Shown here in pieces: positions 59,287 through 64,000 of a DNA stretch of 64,000 nt. The DNA is from Deferrisomatales bacterium (GTDB lineage Bacteria; Desulfobacterota; Deferrisomatia; Deferrisomatales; JACRMM01). The DNA is taken from NCBI GenBank assembly GCA_033551855.1, contig JAWSUI010000007.1, positions 33,553-97,552 on the forward strand, read 5' to 3'. Positions within the stretch are counted from its first letter, which is position 1, and each line of letters opens with the position of its first letter. A program made the translations under genes and the position numbers. The notes below the pieces were generated by a model that was not told where the DNA came from, made no database searches, and was given only the letters and a program-made list of their open reading frames with translations.

Positions 59287-60546
59287 GTGAATCCGAGAAA
59301 GGGCAAGGGCACCGGCCTCTACTGTTCGTTCTGCGGCAAGGGGCAGGAGGAGGTCCGAAAGCTGATCGCAGGGCCGACGGCCTATATCTGCGACGAGTGC
59401 ATCACCCTGTGCAACGACATCATCGCCGAGGAGGCCACGCCGCAGTCCTCCCTCGAGGACAGCCTGCCTGCCCCGCCGGAGATCAAGAGCTTTCTCGATG
59501 ACTACGTGATCGGGCAGGAACGCGCCAAGCGCGTCCTCTCGGTGGCGGTGTACAACCATTACAAGCGCATCTACTCCCCCGCGCGGCCCGGAGACGAGGT
59601 GGAGTTGGAGAAGTCCAACATCCTCCTCATGGGGCCCACCGGGTGCGGCAAGACCCTCCTGGCCCAGAGCCTGGCGCGCGTGCTGCGGGTCCCCTTCGCC
59701 ATGGCCGACGCCACGAGCCTCACCGAGGCCGGCTACGTGGGCGAGGATGTGGAGAACATCATCCTGAGCCTCCTCCAGAACGCCGACTACGATGTGGAGA
59801 AGGCCCAGAAGGGAATCGTCTACATCGACGAGATCGACAAGATCGCGAAGAAGACCGAGGGCCCCAGCATCACCCGCGACGTCAGCGGCGAGGGGGTGCA
59901 ACAAGCCCTCCTGAAGATCCTCGAGGGCACCGTAGCGAGCGTTCCGCCCAAGGGCGGGCGCAAGCACCCCCAGCAGGACTACATCAAGGTCGACACCCGC
60001 AACATCCTGTTCGTCTGCGGGGGGGCCTTCGTGGGCCTCGAGGACGTGGTGGAGCAGCGCCTCGGGTCGAAGAGCATCGGCTTCGGCGCGGACGTCAAGA
60101 CCAGGCGCCAGAAGCGCGAGGAAGGGGTGCTGGCCCACGCCCAGCCCCAGGATCTGATCAAGTTCGGGATGATTCCCGAGTTCGTCGGCCGCCTCCCGAT
60201 CCACGCCTCCCTGGAGGAGCTGGACGAGGCGGCCCTGGTACGCATCCTCAAGGAACCCAAGAACGCCCTGGTAAAACAGTACCGGAAGCTGTTCGACATG
60301 GAGGGAGTGACCCTCTCCTTCACGGACGGATCACTCAAGGCCGTCGCCCGGGAGGCCACCCACCGCAACACCGGCGCCCGCGGCCTGAGAGCCATCCTGG
60401 AATCCGTGATGCTCGACCTCATGTACGAGATCCCGTCCCAGAAGAACGTGCAGGAAGTGATCGTCAACGAGGACGTCATCAACGAGGGAGAGGCCCCCAT
60501 CATTCTGTACAGCGGCCAGGACTCCGGGCGCGTCGGCACCGGCTGA
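59287..60546 (+). CDS. clpX: ATP-dependent Clp protease ATP-binding subunit
   Basis: CSFCGK zinc domain, [19 protein letters not shown] loop. Confidence 0.98.
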   Translation: MNPRKGKGTGLYCSFCGKGQEEVRKLIAGPTAYICDECITLCNDIIAEEATPQSSLEDSLPAPPEIKSFLDDYVIGQERAKRVLSVAVYNHYKRIYSPARPGDEVELEKSNILLMGPTGCGKTLLAQSLARVLRVPFAMADATSLTEAGYVGEDVENIILSLLQNADYDVEKAQKGIVYIDEIDKIAKKTEGPSITRDVSGEGVQQALLKILEGTVASVPPKGGRKHPQQDYIKVDTRNILFVCGGAFVGLEDVVEQRLGSKSIGFGADVKTRRQKREEGVLAHAQPQDLIKFGMIPEFVGRLPIHASLEELDEAALVRILKEPKNALVKQYRKLFDMEGVTLSFTDGSLKAVAREATHRNTGARGLRAILESVMLDLMYEIPSQKNVQEVIVNEDVINEGEAPIILYSGQDSGRVGTG

Positions 60547-60564
60547 GGCCGGAGAGAGACGCCC

Positions 60565-63027
60565 ATGACCACCGCCACGACCGGACCCGACAGGGTCCTC
60601 CCCCTCATTCCCCTGCGCGACGTCGTCGTCTTCCCCCACATGGTCATCCCGCTCTTCGTGGGCCGCGACAAGTCCATCGCCGCCCTGGAGGAGGCCATGG
60701 CCGGGGACCGCGAGATCCTCCTCGCTACCCAGAAGGAGGCGCGCGTCAACGAGCCCGGCCCCAATGACATCCACCCCGTGGGGACCGTTGGGGCCATCAT
60801 CCAGCTCCTCAAGCTCCCGGACGGCACCGTCAAGGTGCTGGTCGAAGGCAAGGCCCGGGCCCGCCTCAAGAACTACCTCGGCACCGACCGGTACTTCCTC
60901 GTCCAGGCGGAGGAGCTGCCCGAAGCCTCGACGGGCAGCGCCGAGTCCCACGCCCTGCTCCGCACGGTGGTGGACTCCTTCGCGGAGTACGTGAAGCTCA
61001 ACCGCAAGCTCCCCTCCGAGCTCGTCGGCTCCGCCCAGACCATCGAGGAGCCGGGGAGGCTGGCCGACACCATCGCCTCCCATCTCGCCATCAAGACGGG
61101 CGTCAAGCAAGAGCTGCTCGAGATGCAGGACCCCATCCGCCGCCTCGAGAAGCTCCTCGAGCTGATCAAAGGCGAGATCGAGGTGCTGGAGATCGAGCAG
61201 AAGATCAAGCGCCGCGTCAAGAAACAGATGGAAAAGACGCAGAAGGAGTACTACCTCAACGAGCAGATGAAGGCGATCCAGAAGGAGCTGGGGGAAGGGG
61301 AGGACACCCAGAACGAGATTCGGGAGCTGGCGCAGCGGATCCAAGACAAGGACATGCCGGAAGATGTCCGGGAAAAGGCCCAGAAGGAGCTGCAAAAGCT
61401 CAAGATGATGTCGCCCATGTCGGCGGAAGCCACCGTGGTGCGCAACTACATCGACTGGATCCTGGACCTCCCCTGGAACGAGCTCACCGAGGACAAGGTC
61501 CAGATCCCCGACGCCCATCGGATCCTCGACGAGGACCACTGCGGCCTCCGGGAAGTCAAGGAGCGCATCCTGGAGTACCTGGCGGTCCTCAAGCTCGTCG
61601 GGACCACCAAGGCGCCCATCCTGTGTTTCGTCGGCCCCCCGGGAGTGGGCAAGACGAGCTTGGCCCGCTCCATCGCGCGGGCCATCGGCCGCAACTTCGT
61701 CCGGCTGAGCCTGGGCGGGGTACGCGACGAGGCACAGATCCGCGGGCACCGGCGGACGTACATCGGCTCCATGCCCGGCAAGATCCTCCAGAGCCTCAAG
61801 AAGGCCAAGAGCTCCAACCCCGTCTTCCTCCTGGACGAGGTGGACAAGATGAGCATGGACTTCCGCGGGGACCCTTCGGCGGCCCTCCTGGAGGTCCTCG
61901 ACCCGGAGCAAAACGACACGTTCAATGATCACTACCTGGATCTGGATTACGACCTGAGCAGGGTGCTCTTCATCACCACCGCCAACTACCTGCCCAACAT
62001 CCCGCCTCCCCTCCGGGATCGGATGGAGGTGATCCAGATCGCCGGCTACCCCGAGCTCGAGAAGCTCGACATCGCCAAGCGCCACTTGGTGCAGAAGCAG
62101 ATGGAGGCCAACGGCCTCAAGGAGTCGGACATCCGCTTCACCGACGCGGCCCTCCTGGAGGTGATCCGCCGCTACACGCGAGAAGCCGGGGTCCGGAACC
62201 TGGAGCGCATGATCGCGAACATATGCCGGAAGGTCGCCAAGGAAGTCGTGGCCGAGGGAGGAACCGGCCCCCGCCTGCACCGCATCACCCCCTCGGTGGT
62301 CCGCAAGCACCTGCGCGCGCCCCGGTACAAACACGGGGTAAAGGAAGAGCGCAGCGAGGTGGGGTACGCGACCGGCCTGGCCTGGACCGAGGTCGGGGGG
62401 GAGCTCCTCGGGATCGAGGTGGTGCTGCTGCCCGGGAAGGGCAACCTCACCATCACCGGGAAGCTCGGTGACGTGATGATGGAGTCGGCGCGGGCGGCCG
62501 TCTCGTACGTGCGCAGCCGCGCGCACCGCCTCGGGCTCGAGCGGGACTTCTACCAGAAGATCGACATCCACATCCACGTGCCCGAGGGCGCGATTCCCAA
62601 GGACGGGCCCTCCGCCGGGATCACGATCGCCACCTGCCTGACGTCGGCCCTGACCGGGATCCCCGTCCGCAAGGACGTGGCGATGACGGGGGAGATCACC
62701 CTGCGAGGGAAGGTGCTGTCCATCGGGGGCCTGAAGGAGAAGCTCCTCGCGGCCCACCGAGCCCACATCGCCACCGTGCTCCTGCCCCGGGAGAACGAGA
62801 AGGACGTGCCGGATCTCGACCTGCCGCGCTCCGTCGCCAACGAGATCCGGCTCGTTTACGTGGACCACATGGATCAGGTGCTGGGCACCGCCCTGGAGAC
62901 CGAAGATCCGGACGCCATCCTCGCCGGCACCCCCGGGGGGGCACGCACCGTAGAAGAGATCCTCGGGATCCCCTCGGCCGCCCCTCCCCCCGCGCCGCAC
63001 GGACCCGAGGCGTCGCAAATCCAGTAG
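60565..63027 (+). CDS. lon: Lon protease
   Basis: [25 protein letters not shown] catalytic serine, GGLKEK. Confidence 0.98.
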   Translation: MTTATTGPDRVLPLIPLRDVVVFPHMVIPLFVGRDKSIAALEEAMAGDREILLATQKEARVNEPGPNDIHPVGTVGAIIQLLKLPDGTVKVLVEGKARARLKNYLGTDRYFLVQAEELPEASTGSAESHALLRTVVDSFAEYVKLNRKLPSELVGSAQTIEEPGRLADTIASHLAIKTGVKQELLEMQDPIRRLEKLLELIKGEIEVLEIEQKIKRRVKKQMEKTQKEYYLNEQMKAIQKELGEGEDTQNEIRELAQRIQDKDMPEDVREKAQKELQKLKMMSPMSAEATVVRNYIDWILDLPWNELTEDKVQIPDAHRILDEDHCGLREVKERILEYLAVLKLVGTTKAPILCFVGPPGVGKTSLARSIARAIGRNFVRLSLGGVRDEAQIRGHRRTYIGSMPGKILQSLKKAKSSNPVFLLDEVDKMSMDFRGDPSAALLEVLDPEQNDTFNDHYLDLDYDLSRVLFITTANYLPNIPPPLRDRMEVIQIAGYPELEKLDIAKRHLVQKQMEANGLKESDIRFTDAALLEVIRRYTREAGVRNLERMIANICRKVAKEVVAEGGTGPRLHRITPSVVRKHLRAPRYKHGVKEERSEVGYATGLAWTEVGGELLGIEVVLLPGKGNLTITGKLGDVMMESARAAVSYVRSRAHRLGLERDFYQKIDIHIHVPEGAIPKDGPSAGITIATCLTSALTGIPVRKDVAMTGEITLRGKVLSIGGLKEKLLAAHRAHIATVLLPRENEKDVPDLDLPRSVANEIRLVYVDHMDQVLGTALETEDPDAILAGTPGGARTVEEILGIPSAAPPPAPHGPEASQIQ

Positions 63028-63036
63028 AAAAGGGCC

Positions 63037-63066
63037 TTGACAGCGTTCGGGGGCCGTTGCTATAAC
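63037..63066 (+). promoter_or_regulatory. sigma70 promoter of the hup-tRNA unit
   Basis: TTGACA-N18-TATAAC with extended -10 TG. Confidence 0.7.
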
Positions 63067-63104
63067 CCGGCAACACCTCGCGACCCGATGCAAGGAGGGA
63101 CACC

Positions 63105-63374
63105 GTGACGAAGGCTGAGCTCATCGAGGTCATGGCGACAAAGGCCAATACCTCCAAGGCGGCAGCGAAGCGGTTCTTGGATGCCTTCACGGAAGCCGTC
63201 ACGGACACCTTGAAGAAGGGCGACAAGGTGACCTTGGTCGGGTTCGGAACCTTCAGCGTCACCGAGCGCAAAGCCCGGAAGGGGCGGAACCCCCAGACCG
63301 GCAAGGAGATCAAGATCTCCGCCAGCAAGGCGCCGAAGTTCAAGTCCGGCAAGGGCCTGAAGGACAAGCTCTAG
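63105..63374 (+). CDS. hup: DNA-binding protein HU
   Basis: MTKAELI, VGFGTF, GRNPQTG. Confidence 0.96.
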   Translation: MTKAELIEVMATKANTSKAAAKRFLDAFTEAVTDTLKKGDKVTLVGFGTFSVTERKARKGRNPQTGKEIKISASKAPKFKSGKGLKDKL

Positions 63375-63389
63375 GTCCTTGCCAGCCCC

Positions 63390-63465
63390 GGGCGGATAGC
63401 TCAGCCGGGAGAGCGCCGGCCTTACAAGCCGGAGGTCGCAGGTTCGATCCCTGTTCCGCCTACCA
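63390..63465 (+). tRNA. tRNA-Val (TAC)
   Basis: CCGGC-CTTACAA-GCCGG anticodon arm, encoded CCA. Confidence 0.96.
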
Positions 63466-63487
63466 GAACGCCCAGGACCCGTTTTGC

Positions 63488-63998
<511 letters not shown>

Positions 63999-64000
63999 CG

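Noticed and set aside
60331..63093. 920-aa minus-strand ORF
   Set aside because: Antisense mirror of lon, a typical consequence of biased codon usage

Overview
High-GC bacterial chromosome segment, most consistent with a deltaproteobacterial lineage (Desulfobacterota/Deferrisoma-like; this is inferred from gene content and order, not from a database match). The core content is a complete dcw cluster (mraZ-STAS-rsmH-ftsL-ftsI-murE-murF-mraY-murD-ftsW-murG-murC-murB-ddl-ftsQ-ftsA-ftsZ) and the tRNA-Leu-tig-clpP-clpX-lon-hup-tRNA-Val-tRNA-Asp block. The window ends in a tyrosine integrase that overlaps tRNA-Asp, probably the edge of an integrated element. Other genes: benzoate-CoA ligase with a sodium:solute symporter, ChaN-like protein, orphan histidine kinase, M16C peptidase, prfC, a GAF-GGDEF cyclase, a heterodimeric ABC exporter, a CNNM protein, recQ-SMUG1, a secreted six-heme cytochrome with Ig-like repeats, an L,D-transpeptidase, azlCD, TraB, an MFS transporter, a GalT-like enzyme, ilvE and an Smr protein. 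Most notable: (1) the GGDEF enzyme carries the Asp-to-Ser change of Hypr 3',3'-cGAMP synthases; (2) a STAS gene is translationally coupled inside the dcw operon; (3) the multiheme/Ig-like cytochrome; (4) four families of short non-coding repeats or MITE-like elements, including a pair of identical length (157 bp) that folds back on itself and one element that supplies a gene's stop codon. No CRISPR array, rRNA gene or convincing riboswitch was seen. Start codons were re-picked by hand and identity counts are hand alignments.
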